Shown: positions 37,565 through 51,713, numbered from the stretch's first letter. The stretch is DNA of 64,000 bases from Takakia lepidozioides (GCA_030704615.1 CM060733.1:27838001-27902000), one strand, 5' to 3'. The notes: a model not told the origin generated them from the letters alone. Made by a program: numbers and translations.

Positions 37565-40500
37565 TCACAAATCGTAGATTAGATTCCAATCACCATTTAA
37601 GTTTGCATTCAATGTCCAATTGTTCTCCCTTATTTGAAGATATGGCACCTGTATGACACCAACCTTTGTTAATAGACCAGTACTGAAGGGAAACCAATGC
37701 ACTGAGAGATGATGCTGGAGGCACTGCAGAACAAGTAATTACTAGACCTGCACCAGTGCACTTGTGAACCTGTGTCAAACTAACACTTGAAAAACAAACT
37801 ACTTCACGTGTTCACACCAAAACGATCAACCCTCATTCCCTCGTGTGATTCAATAAAAGAGAAAATTTACAAATTTCAACACCCTACAGAGTAGCACGTA
37901 AGAAGCTTCAAGAGCTGAAGGACAGACCTTCCGAAAAACATTGTAGCCAACTTTGAGTTTCAAGTCTTGGTCTTCTGTGAAGTTGAACACCTTGTAGCTG
38001 AGCTCCATGACCCCCCTTGGCTTTCCCTGCTTACCCGAGTAAAACCAACCACACACATGAAAATCTTAAGGCCGTTTGCAAGCTCCTGCTGCATCAGGAA
38101 GTGAGACTTGAGGGTGAACTCAAAGAAGGATAACAAACCATTTATGCAACACACTATGCCAACACCTGTCTCCCCTGGTTTCCCCCCACTGGAAGAATTG
38201 CTTTTGAGAGGACATAATTAAGCCTATGGCTACTTATGGGACAAGCCTTACATCTTATTTGATCATCTCTCTCTCTACACATATCCAGACTTCACAAAGC
38301 TGGTAGTCTCTAGGCTTTTAAAGAGAGGTGGGACATAAGTTGTATACTATCCATATTTGATAGTACAACCAACATGATTCACTGTAGTATTCTGCCAATC
38401 TGCAACCTGCCCTCACCAGCTCCAAAGACTCCAGCTTCTACAAACATGGGTGGGATACAAGGAGCAAAAGTGAAAACTTCTGAGATCATACACAACAGCA
38501 ACTATCCTTTTACTGGGATGCAGCATGAAACGCACCATCTTGGTACCGGGATTGAAATTGTAGCCCCCTTTGATATCCACACTCAGCAGACCATTGTCTG
38601 TGATAGGCACTGTCTTCTTCGCTTGGATATCATACGTGAACTCCCTCAACTCAGAGTCAAGCTTCGCCCCTATGTCTAAACTTGTCAATAGCTGCAGCCA
38701 CATCAACACTCACAAACCACACGCCACCAAGGTTGAGAGTTGAGAGGAGCAAAACTTTTGTGAGTACATGTATGACAGGGAGGGAAGCAGGATAAGAAGG
38801 AAAAAGTTGATCACGTTGATGGGAGGTCCAGAGGACAATCTATCTGTGGAAGCTCCGATTGCTTATGGGACAAGGAGAAAGTATTGACCTCACTACAGTA
38901 GGCTTATGGCTAGAAACTCCCCCTTGGTGTTCCGAATTATCCTCTGCACCTCCTTTGTGTCAGGCTGCCAAGCTTCCCTACACTACTGGCCTCCCTTCAT
39001 CCCTCTTTCTTATTCTCCTAATAATGGCCGTAACCAGGGTTGCCCAAAACTCCCCTAAGGGCACAAAAATCCCCAGGTAGGTACTTTGAACGCATGACCC
39101 CTTATAAGGCAGCCTCGTGCCCTAGCCACTGGGCCATCTGTTGGATGCTACTCTTGCATAGTCCTACAGTGAGGTGGCAAAGTAACTTTCACATTCTGAG
39201 AATGCAGTTCTGGATCATTAACTGATCTAATCGCTTCAAATTTTATTCTTGTTCTTGTCAACCTTCTGAACCATGTGTTTGTTTCATCATGCCTCTTCCT
39301 ATTTCTCCACCTTTTGCAATTCAACCAGTGCACTACGGACAAGTCAAACAATTGTACCTCTGGAAAAAATTTGCGTTTGAGTTGAGCAATACCGTGAGCT
39401 GCTCCAGTATGAGTGTTCAGCTTCCCATGGACCTATCAGCCATCTCCCAATGTGAGAGCATAGTAAATTCTGGACTCTTATTTGAGGGATAACCAGAGAA
39501 AAATTGAGATGGCCACACCCAAGGTACAAAGAGCACAAGGACAATACATCAAGGAAAGTCACACATAAGAAGAACAATGAAGGAAGGAAACCAGAGAGAA
39601 TGCTATCTCAAAACTTAGAGGATCAATCTAAGATATTAGTCAAATGAACAATATCGAGAGGGAGAGGAATGTACTCATCAGACATTTGCCTTAGCCATGT
39701 GGCCATAGGCCCCACACACAGTTTGGAAGGAAACATAGGGGCACTACCTTTGCGAGGGGCTCACTCCAGTAGGGTGACTTACCTTGATATAAATAATTAG
39801 TTCAAGATATCCTCTAGAATGCGCTTCACACAACCATCAATCTGCTGTGTGTGAGCAGCCCAAAGTTACACGCCAACAGGGCCAGGGCTTTAGGCTCAGC
39901 CTCGAGAATTAAAAGTTGGTGAACAGAGATGCAGGAACCATGTTCTCGATGTTCCTGAAGAGGGCTACTCTCTGGTGACAATACCCCTGAAATGGATATT
40001 GTCTTCAGATTGCCCGCACGTCGGGCAAATACAATCTCCTTTCCTCTCTGTAGACCCAGAGAGACAGAGACAGAGAGAACCCAACTTATGTAAGTGGGCT
40101 GAAAACTGAAAACAGCTTCCCAATTATGACGAAAGAAGTTTGTTCTTGACGATTTTTGAATAGACAAAGGGCTGAACTGCAATATACATACATATGATGA
40201 CAGAGAACAGTTAATATTTTCTTCCAAAGGAGATGCAAAGCATATCCTTTAGCTTCAATTACATGAATGTTTGAAAGACAGACAACTCCTCAGAGCTGCA
40301 GATTAAACCTGTTGAACTCGTATGTGACATACCATGTCCAGAATTTCTGAAGTCCATAATGTAAATTAATTCACACACAGATAGAGAGGCTTTGAAGTGA
40401 ACTCACAGCATAATTATGAATACACAGTTTCATGAGGGAACTTTTAGACAAGCGCAATCTGAAGTTTCTTCCCTCTTATCTTTCAAAATAGCAGAAAGCT

Positions 40501-41347
40501 AAAGACATCATCGTGGACATGGGACTATGGGGGACAGTCCACTGCTTTACACCCCTACCCATACTTAAAAGTCAGGTTTATGTTGTTGGCAAATTATTCA
40601 GACAATACTACTGGAACAAGGTGAGCCAATGTCCCCACTCCACAATCCATCGCAAATTGCAGAAGGACTAGCAAGAATTATGATATAATGACGTGAGTAC
40701 TAAGTGTGCTCCATTAGATGCTATTACCCTAATATTATAGGACTCAAGACCCATACTTCATCATAGAATTCCATCAGCTCTGCGAGTGTAAAACAGGAGG
40801 TCGAAACTCAAAGTACAGAGCAGATAATAGCATTGTAAAAGACTTTGAATCGAAAATTGGACACTGAAATAACAAAGAAATTGAGACCGGAGAACCCGAT
40901 ATGCAACGGATCCAATAGGACATTTTGACTACATGCAAATAGCTCCGTCTAAGAACAATGAGAGCAGAGCATTACCAGAAAATCGTGTAGAAAGTGGGAG
41001 AAAGAGATCAGAGACGAAAGTGATAAACAAAAAGCCAAAACAAGCCACAAGCATTTGAAGAGAAAGAACTTGTATGCAGTAAAAAGAAGACTCGACAAAG
41101 CGGATGGACCTACATGCAATTCCCAAGACAACGAAGCACGACTAATTTCAATCTGCCATGGCTTATCAAGCGAACATTGTGAAGGAATTCCGGCACAGGG
41201 TACTAGCAGAAAGAAAACGAAACCAAGAAGCAGAGAGAGTGGCCGAGCAAAAACCTGTAGAAGAAACGAGCTATCGAGAAGAAAATTTTCTTTTGCGTGC
41301 AGCAGCAGCTGCTTATCTCCCGCCCCGCATCTCAACGATGTCTCCAT
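37565..41347 (-). CDS. OEP21: Chloroplast outer envelope pore protein 21
   Basis: Five phase-0 exons 41255-41347, 39359-39433, 38536-38691, 37928-38026, 37565-37648: METSLR...HAKENF...VHGKLNT...[15 protein letters not shown]...[15 protein letters not shown]...YDL*. Confidence 0.92.
39848..39968 (+). repeat. ~120 bp interspersed repeat (copy 1, OEP21 intron)
   Basis: Matches 43678-43800 (ggccagggctt.aggctcagcctcgaga...caggaacca.gttct). Confidence 0.8.
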
Positions 41348-41776
41348 TCCTCCCCTCTTCTCCGCAGCTCAATGAGAGGAGACCGAGAGATGGAAGCCCA
41401 ATACAGGTTCTTAGAGAATGGAGAATGCGAGTCCCCTCCTTCTTGCTCCGGCCCTCATAGCCGGGTTCGATTCACACGGTTGTCTTATGCGGTGGGGCAT
41501 CCATCCACGTGACAAGAATGTTTGCATGCGGGAACGCAAAAGGCGTTGGTGGATGGAAAGCGAAAGTTCAGGTGCTGGACAGTCTTCCCACTCAAACCTG
41601 GATGCACGTGTCTCGAGATGTTCATAGTTCTGTAGCAGGAGGGTTTTGGGGTTTAGCAGGGCAGGTCTGGGAGAGTGGGTGGGTCGTCTTTCTGCGCAGC
41701 AGTGAGTGAATTCTCCGGAGAACAGGCATCAGGTTTATGTTGCATGAGTCTGGTGGGTGATTTCAGTTGGCAGGGC

Positions 41777-44700
41777 ATGGAAGCTGTCATAACCTCCATC
41801 AGCTCCCGTGTTGTGTTGCACAGGCATTCGTTGCTAGTCGGACACCCTTTTGCATTGCAGTGGTTTCGCACCAGCGGGGTTTTCTTGGTAAGTGATAACG
41901 CACTGCATATTTTGTTGCTGTAGGGAGGGAAGATTTAAAGAAAATTGCGTGCCATTTGGTATGAGAGAGGAAGATGGGACATGAAGAAATCTGGACCCCG
42001 GGTATCAGTAAACAAGGAGAGAGTGACTGGTTACGTTATGAAAGCTGACATCATGGAATGCCATTGTTGTGGGTGGTAAGAGACAAGGGGTTCGTTTGAG
42101 AACATTGCCAGCTTCGAAATGGGGCATACCAAGAAAGGCTGTGATTACATCCAGCAAAAGCGCTACGAACGAGTCTATCCGGGCATCAGAAGATGACAGA
42201 GAAGAAAACGTGATAGGTGGGAACTCCGCTGAAATTACTCAGGTTGCTTCTTCCTCGGTCAAAGAAGCTGTGACTGCACGATCTAAAGGGAAACGAGGGC
42301 CTAGGCGAAAACCTGTGGATACTGAAGTCAAGGTGACCAACCTAACTGCGGAGACCAGCAACGAAGAAGCAAACACGCCGGGGATTCCAGGAGATAGAAA
42401 AGATGAATCTTCCAACGAAGTGGTAGGAAATAAGGTTTCAAAAAGGAAAACTGCAGTAAGGACCACAGATGCCAAACTTAGAAGCGGTCAAAAACGGGCT
42501 AGCAAGGCTGATGGTGAGCTCGAATGGACCAAATCACTGACAGAAATTTGCATTTAGAGTAGACAATATAGAATTGCTAAATACGTTTGGTAATGGGCTT
42601 CCAGGTTATCTGTACATCGGCTTAAGCTAAGTTGTGGTCTCAATTTTTCGTGATAGACGTTTTCTGATTCGTGAATTGTCGAGCTCACCAATCGAAAGGT
42701 TGACAAATGATGAATTGTCGAAAAATCCAGAAGCACGGCCAGAAAGTGTGGAAGGTGCCAGGTCTGACCCAAGCCAGGAGAGAGTGAATGGCAGCTCTGT
42801 TCAAGGAACTGTGCATTCAACTGAGGAGATTTTCCCTCAGTTTCAAGGACAAAGAAAAGAAGAACAAGAGAGTGTTTTTACAGGGAAGACCTCTGAGACT
42901 CAAAGTAATGAGAGGCAAGTGGGCACCATGGACGAGCTAGGTATGATAGTCTTTACTCTCAAGTACTCAAAAAGATTTGGCCTTGCTGAAATTCATGGAT
43001 GTTCCAGTAACGGAAAGCAATACCTTCTTCAGTTTAATTGCTGCGTTCAGCTACAGACTTCAATTGCAGGGTAGTATTATCTTTGCACAATTCTCTACTG
43101 TACACTCTAGTAGGAGGGATGTGAGTGGGGTGGTTCCATTGGCAGGTTTTGCTTCTCTTCTGTAGTGAGTAATACAAAGGGATCTTTCAGAGAACCACAG
43201 GGAGCGAACTTCCTTTTTTGCAGATTCCTTGTTTGCAAAAGAGGACCATGGGATGGCTGAGACCGACGAGGATGACGAGGGACAGCCACTGTGGATGGAG
43301 GAAGATGATCCCACATGGCCTGATGAGGGTGAGGATGGCTGGGGTTTCCGCACTTCCCAGTTCTTTGAGGATGTGAAAATCAAGCCACAGAAGAAATCCA
43401 GTGATGAGGATGACAGTGATGATGAGGATGACGACCTGGCATTGAATTGGGAAACAGAAGCTGATGAATGGATCATAAAGGAGATTACATCTGTAGAGTG
43501 GGAGGCTACGGTGTTTGCAGATCCTAGTCCCCTGCTAGTCTATGTGTTTGCGAGATATGGTCGCAGGTTCGTGTATCAGCCTACCATACTCTCTCTTGTT
43601 TCCCTTGGTGGCGGTTTTGGTTCTAGAGTTTGACCAATGTGTTCAGGCTTTCCAGATATCGTCTTAGCATCAATGTGCTGTGTGTGAGTAGCCCAAAAGT
43701 TAGAGCCCAACAGGCCAGGGCTTAAGGCTCAGCCTCGAGATTTTCAAAGTTCATGAACAGGTACAGGAACCACGTTCTGATGTTCTTGAAGAGGGTCACT
43801 GACAAAGTATCAGAAAATTATTTGAACCAGACCAGGACGTGTGGTCTTGGTATGAGTGGAGAGGGTCAAGGAGGGTTGGAACATACAGACAGAGAGGAAG
43901 AGTGACTAGGCAGCTAGCACATTCGGCAGATGAAGCATGGACATGACCTACCCGTTGGGGTGGGTTGAATGCTGGCAGAGGACCTGATGGATGGAATATG
44001 CTGAAGGAGCTAGAAAAGGCAGTCCAGACCATCTGGGATTCCCAAAAAGCCCCTCTTCGGGTACGATTTCTTCTTCATTGACTCTCTTCAATTTCCATTT
44101 GTTGTCAGATGTAGCCCATTAAAACTTTATACGGCTCTGTAGATCTGGTGTGCAATACATGTGTTCAGAGTGTTCAGATTAGAGCTTCCCAAAGAAAAAC
44201 TAATAGTAGGGCTCTTGACACCTTACATCACAGCCATGCCAAATGCATGAAATAGCGACTACACAATTTATCACGAGTGTGACTGAGCTCTTAGTTGCTC
44301 ACAACATAGTCCATGTGGAACTTTTAATGTTCTTTAGGACTAGCATGTAAGAACAGACGTCAACTGGACACCAGTAGTTGAAGACCGTTGAGTATTTGTG
44401 ACTTTGTCCAGTTGCCATCTAGTAATGGAGTTGTGGTATGGTCAAAAACAGGCAGTGAAGGTGGATGCAGGCCTCGAGATGGACTTGGCATCTGCAATTC
44501 GCATTAACTGTGATGAATGCCCGGTGCTGATCTTTATCAAGAATGGCAAGCTCCTCTACTCCCTTAAAGGTAAGGCTTGCTGTACTTGTGTTGCTTGGCA
44601 AGACTGCAGCTTTGTTTCTCTATTTGCTTGCTTCCAGTTGGTGGTCATTGTACATCTAGAAACTTTGGTACGCTTCTGGACATTGTTTTGGAAGTCAGAA

Positions 44701-45268
44701 AAGTTTCAACACTCGACAAGTTCGGTTGCTTTTCTTGCTGAACTATTCCTCTCTATCATTCTTACTCTCTTTTCACTGCTGTTCTCAACTTGAGACAGCT
44801 CCAGCTAGGATATGTGTAGAATGCAAGTTCGCATAAAGCTGTTTCTATATCTGCATCCGGCACTTCGGAGTGTTTTGATGTGGGTTTCTTGTACTATGGG
44901 CCCTCAGCTCCCCTGTGGTTGTCTTTCTTTCTTTCTCTGCTCTGTGGAAACTGGGCCAGACTGACAAATCTACATTGTGCTACACCCAATGGGCCTGCTA
45001 GGTACATAAATTTGCATGACAAGACCCTCTTTCAAGAATTTGAAGTAGAAATTTGAAGTTAGCATAAACCTGGTTATTGTTGAGAAGTGTGGTATGTAGG
45101 TACAGAGGATTGTATGGCTGATCTGGGAGATGGTTCGGGTGATGCTATGCAGGCATCAGAACTTCGGAGGAGCTGCTGCAACTTATAGCTCATTTTTTCT
45201 ACAACGGCATGCGACCAGCTTGCTTAGAGAAGAACTCAGCTGCAGAGCAGCTTAGAAACATCGCCTAA
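41777..45268 (+). CDS. MRL7: Thioredoxin-like fold plastid protein MRL7/RCB(ECB1,SVR4)-NCP family
   Basis: Exons ~41777-41887, ~42081-42513, ~42731-42940, 43224-43567, 43979-44060, 44452-44569, 45153-45268. Motifs WIIKEITSVEWEATVFADPSPLLVYVFARYG, W.MLKELEKAV, AVKVDAGLEMDLASA, EELLQLIAHFFY. The first three exons are less certain. Confidence 0.85.
43678..43800 (+). repeat. ~120 bp interspersed repeat (copy 2, MRL7 intron)
   Basis: Matches 39848-39968. Confidence 0.8.
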
Positions 45269-46280
45269 GCATAGGTCAAAAAGTACAGGAAGTTGTATGA
45301 GAACATTTAGATTTTTTAGTTGTTTTGGGCATGGGGAGAGAGAAGGAAACAACTTGCAAAAGGTGAGTTTTGACAGGTCTCATACCATTCGAAGTGGGAT
45401 TTGCCCTTCAAAATAAGGGTGATTGTCAAAGTTCCCTGCAAAATGTTATTGGGACGCCCTTCACACTGAAGGGTTTGGAAAAGACTACACCTGGTGCGGT
45501 CCAGTTGCTGTAAACTCTTGTGTAGAGGATGGAGGTAGGCTGCTCGGTTGAAAGCTAGGCTACTTGCTGATTCACTGGTAGTGAAGTCGTGGACCCAACT
45601 GGTTTGCTCGAAATTTAGACTAAGAAGTGGACTTGCCCGTCCAATTTCCATAGTGGCACTCTCATTCCCCAATTGTCTAGATTGACTAACAATTTTGAAG
45701 CTGGGCAGTTTTATATTGAACCTTTTGTCCTCATCTGTACTATGTATATCAACCACTCAAATGTACATCAAGGACATTCGTTGCCTCTTTTGAGCCATAG
45801 TTATGTTGGGATTAGGTTACAGGTGGAGATCCGGTCTAAGGTTGTTGACTCATACTGTATTTTGTGGATAGTCCTGGAATGACAAGTTACAAATGTGAGT
45901 CAGGGAGCAGGTGGCTGCTGGTGTTTCATCAGTGGATTTCCTTTACCTGTATGGCCTTACTCACTGTATTGAAGATGTTTATTAGTACCTGTGATGTTTG
46001 TAGGGACTAGGGACAGTTTGAGCTGTCGTAAGTCACCTCATTACATTACAAGACTCAAGTGTCAACTCTTGCTCTTGAGAGCTCTAGGTCACTGGCGGTG
46101 TAGGGCCCACTTCCTTGGTTTCTCCCCCAAGTAGAGAGTGATGGGAGATCACAGCTAGCTAGCTACAAACATAGACGAAGAAACTCATCTATACCTAGAC
46201 TACACAAGTAGAGAAGTTTGTAAGACTTGCATCTGGCCACCAAGACACCGTTACACAGCAGTGAATCACTATGTATTGGT

Positions 46281-49200
46281 TCACTGTCTAGAGGAAAACA
46301 TTCCATACTGGCGATCGTAGTTCGCCACCACGCTACGTGGAAATATCAAATGGCGTGTTGGAGCCCAAAAAATGGTGGTTGTTATTACAGACCCAAACCC
46401 AATTACCATGCCCAAGACAAAGCCAGGAATTGATAGAACATCTTCCACCCGCTCTATGAATGTCATCTCACCAGTACTGATAGCTGGGCCCCGTGGGGTT
46501 GGCAGTGAGCCGTTCATATTTTCTTGTGAGGGGCATCGGTTGGAGAGAGGAAAGCCGCATAGATTTGGATTGTCGAAAAATGACGAGTTTGGGAATTTTG
46601 AGCTGGAGACGCCATTTGGAATCTGCCCAGAGAGGTTGTTGTGGGAGAGATTAAGGAACCCCAAGGCACTCAAGTCTTCCAAGTTGTCTGGAATTGTACT
46701 ACTCAGTAGATTGTAGGAGAGATCCAACGACTCTAATGCGCTGATGTTGCGCACGCTCCTTGGGATGGGGCCTGTGAAGGAATTGTGGGGCAAATTCAGG
46801 TAGAGGAGCTCACTTAGCTGTCCAATCTCTGCTGGAATCTCGCCAGTCAACGCATTTGCTGAGACGTCAAAAGAGGTTGTGGTCAATAAGACATATTCGA
46901 TTGTCCTTGTGATGCCCTTGAGAGTGATTTGGAGGTCATCAGCATAGAGAGTGAAAGTACCATTCAATCCTTCGTTTATTCCAGTGGATGCATTTGCCTT
47001 CACATTGAAGCCCTTCAACTGATCAAACGTTTTCGGGAGCCCACCTATGACGAAGTTGTGTGAGAGATCCAACACCTGCAATCGAGTCAGATTCCAGACC
47101 CAATCTGGAATTGGACCACTAGTATGCAAAACTGAGCACCCGTAGTTCCTGAAAATCGCCACTCTTGAAAAGTGGGATAGTCCCATTGAACTTGTTTCCG
47201 CTCAAGTCAATCGACACAAGATGGGTACATTTAGCCAAGGAAATTGGAAGTTGTCCTGTCAATTGGTTGTTGTTCACTGATAGTGTCTCAAGAGAACCAC
47301 CAATCTTTGCCAAATCTAATGTGAATTGTCCTGTGATCGAGTTGTTACCAAGTAATATCCTCTGCAAACCCGAACAGTTCTCAAGCTCATTCGGTATGCT
47401 CCCACTCAGGTGATTGTAGCTCCAACAAAGATGCACAATTTCCCAAACTACTGGGAATGGTGCCTCTAAACTTGTTGTTCCCTAGGTAAAGTTTCGTTAG
47501 GTTTTGCAGTTGCCCTAGCTCCATTGGTATGTTTCCACTCAACTGATTGTTGTCCAAGTCCAACTCCACCAAAGAGGAACAATTTCCCAAACTAGAAGGA
47601 ATGGTGCCTCTGAATTTGTTTCTGAAAAGGTAAAGGAGCGTCAACTTTTGCAACCTCCCTAGCTCCATCGGTATGTTTCCAGTGAGCTCATTGGAGTCAA
47701 AATCCAGCTGCACCAACGATGAGCAATTTCCCAAACTAGCTGGAATGGTGCCTGTAATGCTATTGTTCCAAAGATAAAAAAGATAGTTAGATTTTGCAAT
47801 CTCCCTAGCTCCAGCGGTAGAGTTCCACTGAGCCGATTCCGGCTGAAATCCAACTCCACCAACGAGGAACAATTTCCCAAACTAGCAGGAATGGTGCCCA
47901 TTAAGTTGTTTCTGAAAAGGTGAAGGAGCGTCAACTTTCGCAACCCCCCTAGCTCCATCGGTATGTTTCCAGTGAGCTCATTGGAGGCCAGACCCAACCG
48001 CTGCAAAGTTGAGCAATTTCCCAAACTAGCTGGAATGGCGCCTGTAAGGCTATTGTTGAATAGGGAGAGTATTTTTAGGCTTCGCAACCGCCCTAGCTCC
48101 ATCGGTATGTTTCCAGTGAGCTCATTGGAGGCCAAATCCAACCGCTGCAAAGTTGAGCAATTTCCCAAACTAGCTGGAATGGCGCCTGTAAGGCTATTGT
48201 TGAATAGGGAGAGTATTTTTAGGCTTTGCAACCGCCCTAGCTCCATCGGTATGTTCCCACTGAACTGATTGTTGGACAACTCCACCTCCACCAAAGATGA
48301 CCAACCTCCCAAACTAGCAGGAATAGTACCTGTAAGATTGTTGTAAAAAAGGTACAACTCCACCAAATATGAACAACCGCCCAAACTAGTAGGGATAGTA
48401 CTGGTAAGATTGTTATGACTAAGGTGAAGGAGACCCAGATTTGACAACTTCCCTAGCTCCATCGGTATGTTCCCGGTCAATTGATTCACGCTCAAATCTA
48501 GGTCCACCAAAGACGAGCAATTTCCCAATGTAGGTGGAATAGTGCCTACAAGGCTATTGTTCCATAGGTGGAGTATCGCTAGATTTTGCAATTGCCCTAG
48601 CTCCATCGGTATGTTTCCAGTGAGCTCATTGGAGTCGAAATCCAGTTGCACCAACGATGAGCAATTTCCCAAACTAGCAGGAATGGTGCCCATGAAGTTG
48701 TTTCTCAAAAGGTGAAGGAGCGTCAACTTTCGCAACCCCCCTAGCGCCATCGGTATGTTTCCAGTGAGCTCATTAGAGGCCAGATCCAACCGCTGCAAAG
48801 TTGAGCAATTTCCCAAACTAGCTGGAATGGCGCCTGTAAGGCTATTGTTGAATAGGGAGACTATTTTTAGGCTTTGCAACCGCCCTAGCTCCATTGGTAT
48901 GTTCCCAATCAATTGATTCTCGCTCAAATCTAGGTCCACCAAAGACAAGCAATTTCCCAAAGTAGGTGGAATAGTGCCTACAAGGCTATTGTTCCATAGG
49001 TGGAGTATCGCTAGATTTTGCAATTGCCCTAGCTCCATCGGTATGTTTCCAGTGAGCTCATTGGAGTCAAAATCCAGCTGCACCAACGATGAGCAATTTC
49101 CCAAACTAGCTGGAATGGTGCCTGTAATGCTATTGTTCCAAAGATAAAAAAGATAGTTAGATTTTGCAATCTCCCTAGCTCCAGCGGTAGAGTTCCACTG

Positions 49201-51102
49201 AGCCGATTCCGGCTGAAATCCAACTCCACCAACGAGGAACAATTTCCCAAACTAGCAGGAATGGTGCCCATTAAGTTGTTTCTGAAAAGGTGAAGGAGCG
49301 TCAACTTTCGCAACCCCCCTAGCTGTTGGGTATGTTTGGGGGGTGGAGGCCAAGGGGGGCAACCCAACCCATGGGTGGGAAAAATTTCCCAATTTAGCTG
49401 AATGGCGCCTGTAAGGCTATTGTTGAATATCGAGAGTATTTTTAGGCTTTGCAACCGCCCTAGCTCCATCGGTATGTTCCCACTGAACTGATTGTTGGAC
49501 AACTCCACCTCCACCAAAGATGACCAACCTCCCAAACTAGCAGGAATAGTACCTGTAAGATTGTTGTAAAAAAGGTACAACTCCACCAAATATGAACAAC
49601 CTCCCAAACTAGTAGGGATAGTACTGGTAAGATTGTTATGACTAAGGTGAAGGAGACCCAGATTTGACAACTTCCCTAGCTCCATCGGTATGTTCCCGGT
49701 CAATTGATTCACGCTCAAATCTAGGTCCACCAAAGACGAGCAATTTCCCAAAGTAGGTGGAATAGTGCCTACAAGGCTATTGTTCCATAGGTGGAGTATT
49801 GCTAGATTTTGCAATTGCCCTAGCTCCATCGGTATGTTTCCCGTGAGCTCATTGGAGTCGAAATCCAGCTGCACCAACGATGAGCAATTTCCCAAACTAG
49901 CAGGAACGTCTGTGAAGGTGTTGTACCAAAGGTGGAGGATCTGTAGGCTTTGCAACTGCCCTAGCTCCTTCAGTATGTTCCCAATCAATTGATTGTTGTT
50001 CAAATCCAACTCCACCAAAGATGAACAATTTCCCAAACTAGCTGGAATGGTGCCTGTGAAACCGTTGCTCCAAAGGTAAAGTTTCGTTAGTTTTTGCAAT
50101 CTTCCTAGCTCCATCGGTATATTCCCACTCAGTTCATTGTAGCACAGCTCCAGTTCCACAAGAGATGAACAATCTCCCAAACTAGCAGGAATGGTGCCCG
50201 TGAGATTATTGTTCCACAGATAAAGTGTCATTAGGTTTTGCAGTCTCCCTAGCTCCACAAGTATGTTTCCAGTGAGCTGATTGGAGTCCAAGTGCAAGTC
50301 CACCAAAGATGAGCAATTTCCCAATTCCGCAGGGATGACGCTTGTGAGGTTGTTGCATGGAGGTACACAATTGTTAGACCCTGGGTTCACATGTCAAGCT
50401 CCACTGGAGTTGAAATGAAATACTTAGATCTGCTGAAATCTCCAAGAGTTTATGGAACAAAAGAAAGCATTATTAAACAAGACAGAGGTGACCTCCACAA
50501 AGCCCAAAACATTGTTGCTTGAGCAAGTAAGGCAATAGCCCTTCAAGGGTGAAGTGACACCATGGATAAATAAGGCCTGCTTAGGCGGTAGGATTCTTCA
50601 TCTCCTCTATCGCTCTGCTCAAGGGTTTTTCTAAGAGTCAACAACTTACGCATGATTTGCAGATAAGCATTTCTGATCCTTGTCAAAATCATGGATTAGA
50701 AATTTGATAGACTAAGTAAACAACTGTCAATGGAGTGATGGTGCCTTCAAGCTCCATAACTCCAAGATTCAGTTCTATCACATGTGCGTGTGCTTCATCA
50801 CATGCGACCCCCTTCCAGAAGTGACAAATGTCTCTTCCGGCCGCTCTGCTCCAATTCGTTAGCATTCCTGTTGGATCCTTAAGTACGGCATTCTTGAATG
50901 CCAACAACACTTCTACGTCCGCCATCCGGCTCCGGCTTCTTGCGTAATTATCAACCAGTTTTGAGTTTTTGTGCTCGTGCAAGCCTGGATCAGAAACAGA
51001 CGATAGTGGTGTTGCCCCACACAACAAACCTGCAGCCATGACGCCTAGTACTAACAATGTGCCGAAAACCTCGTACAAACGTGTATGAGTCATCGCAGCC
51101 AT
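46281..51102 (-). pseudogene. LRR receptor-like protein (signal peptide, LRRNT, many 24-aa LRRs, island domain, 4 LRRs, TM, short tail, no kinase), disrupted
   Basis: LLAFK...DP.G.L.NW...C.WKGVAC; L..L.L..N.L.G.IP..LG repeats; NPNLCGFPL; TM VLSIPGFVLGMVIGFGSVI. Frameshifts or stops near 47120, 47420, 47780, 49150, 49400 and 50360, plus a TE insertion at 50411-50730. Confidence 0.9.
50411..50730 (-). mobile_element. RTE-like LINE 3' fragment inserted in the LRR-RLP coding sequence
   Basis: TSD TGGAGT at 50405-50410 and 50731-50736; tgaaatgaaa tail; rc aggatcagaaatgctt shared with the 19105-19420 family. Confidence 0.8.
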
Positions 51103-51713
51103 ACTTCTGCACACCCCACCACCTTCGCCTAACACCAGCGCACTAGGGAGAGCAAGCGATTGGGGAGGTGGTCCAGCCGATTACAAAGACTGGTAACAAC
51201 AAGCTTGACCTGGGCACTAAAGATACCGCAATCCCAGTTCCCGCCACCCACAACACTGAAGAGAAATCGACCCTGATTTCAGCTGATGTAGCGATGGAGA
51301 TTGCCATGTATGCTAGATTTTTACTAGGAAGAAACGAAGCACGACTGGGTGGCCAAGAGAGTAGTGTTGTTGGAATCACAGTTCTACATTCAACGAATCT
51401 GCAACTGAACTTAGAGACTAAATTAAAGACTCTAAAAATAACTCTTCTGACTAAGTCCATTCTGACATTCCTCTATAAATAGAGAGTGAAAGATGGTAGA
51501 TCAAAAAGCACGACTACTTTGATTCAGCGTGGACTTAGGAACAATACAAGAGGCTCTGAAATGCCAAACGTCAAATCTCACAGTGACTAGAGCACTCTTC
51601 CGACTACCAACTGTGCGTTCATACTATCTATGGATGTGGAAGAGAAAAACCCACAAAATTCCGGAGCTAACATCCATGAGTTGCCAGTTGGCCTTGATGA
51701 CCGAGAAGAGATA

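Noticed and set aside
41888-41923. 36-nt GT-AG intron in MRL7
   Set aside because: Too short, and the downstream frame hits stops; a longer intron to ~42080 fits better.
49325-49402. Odd GC-rich peptide insert in the LRR (GLGCPPWPPPPK)
   Set aside because: Looks like a homopolymer-garbled version of 47955-48035, likely a low-quality consensus.
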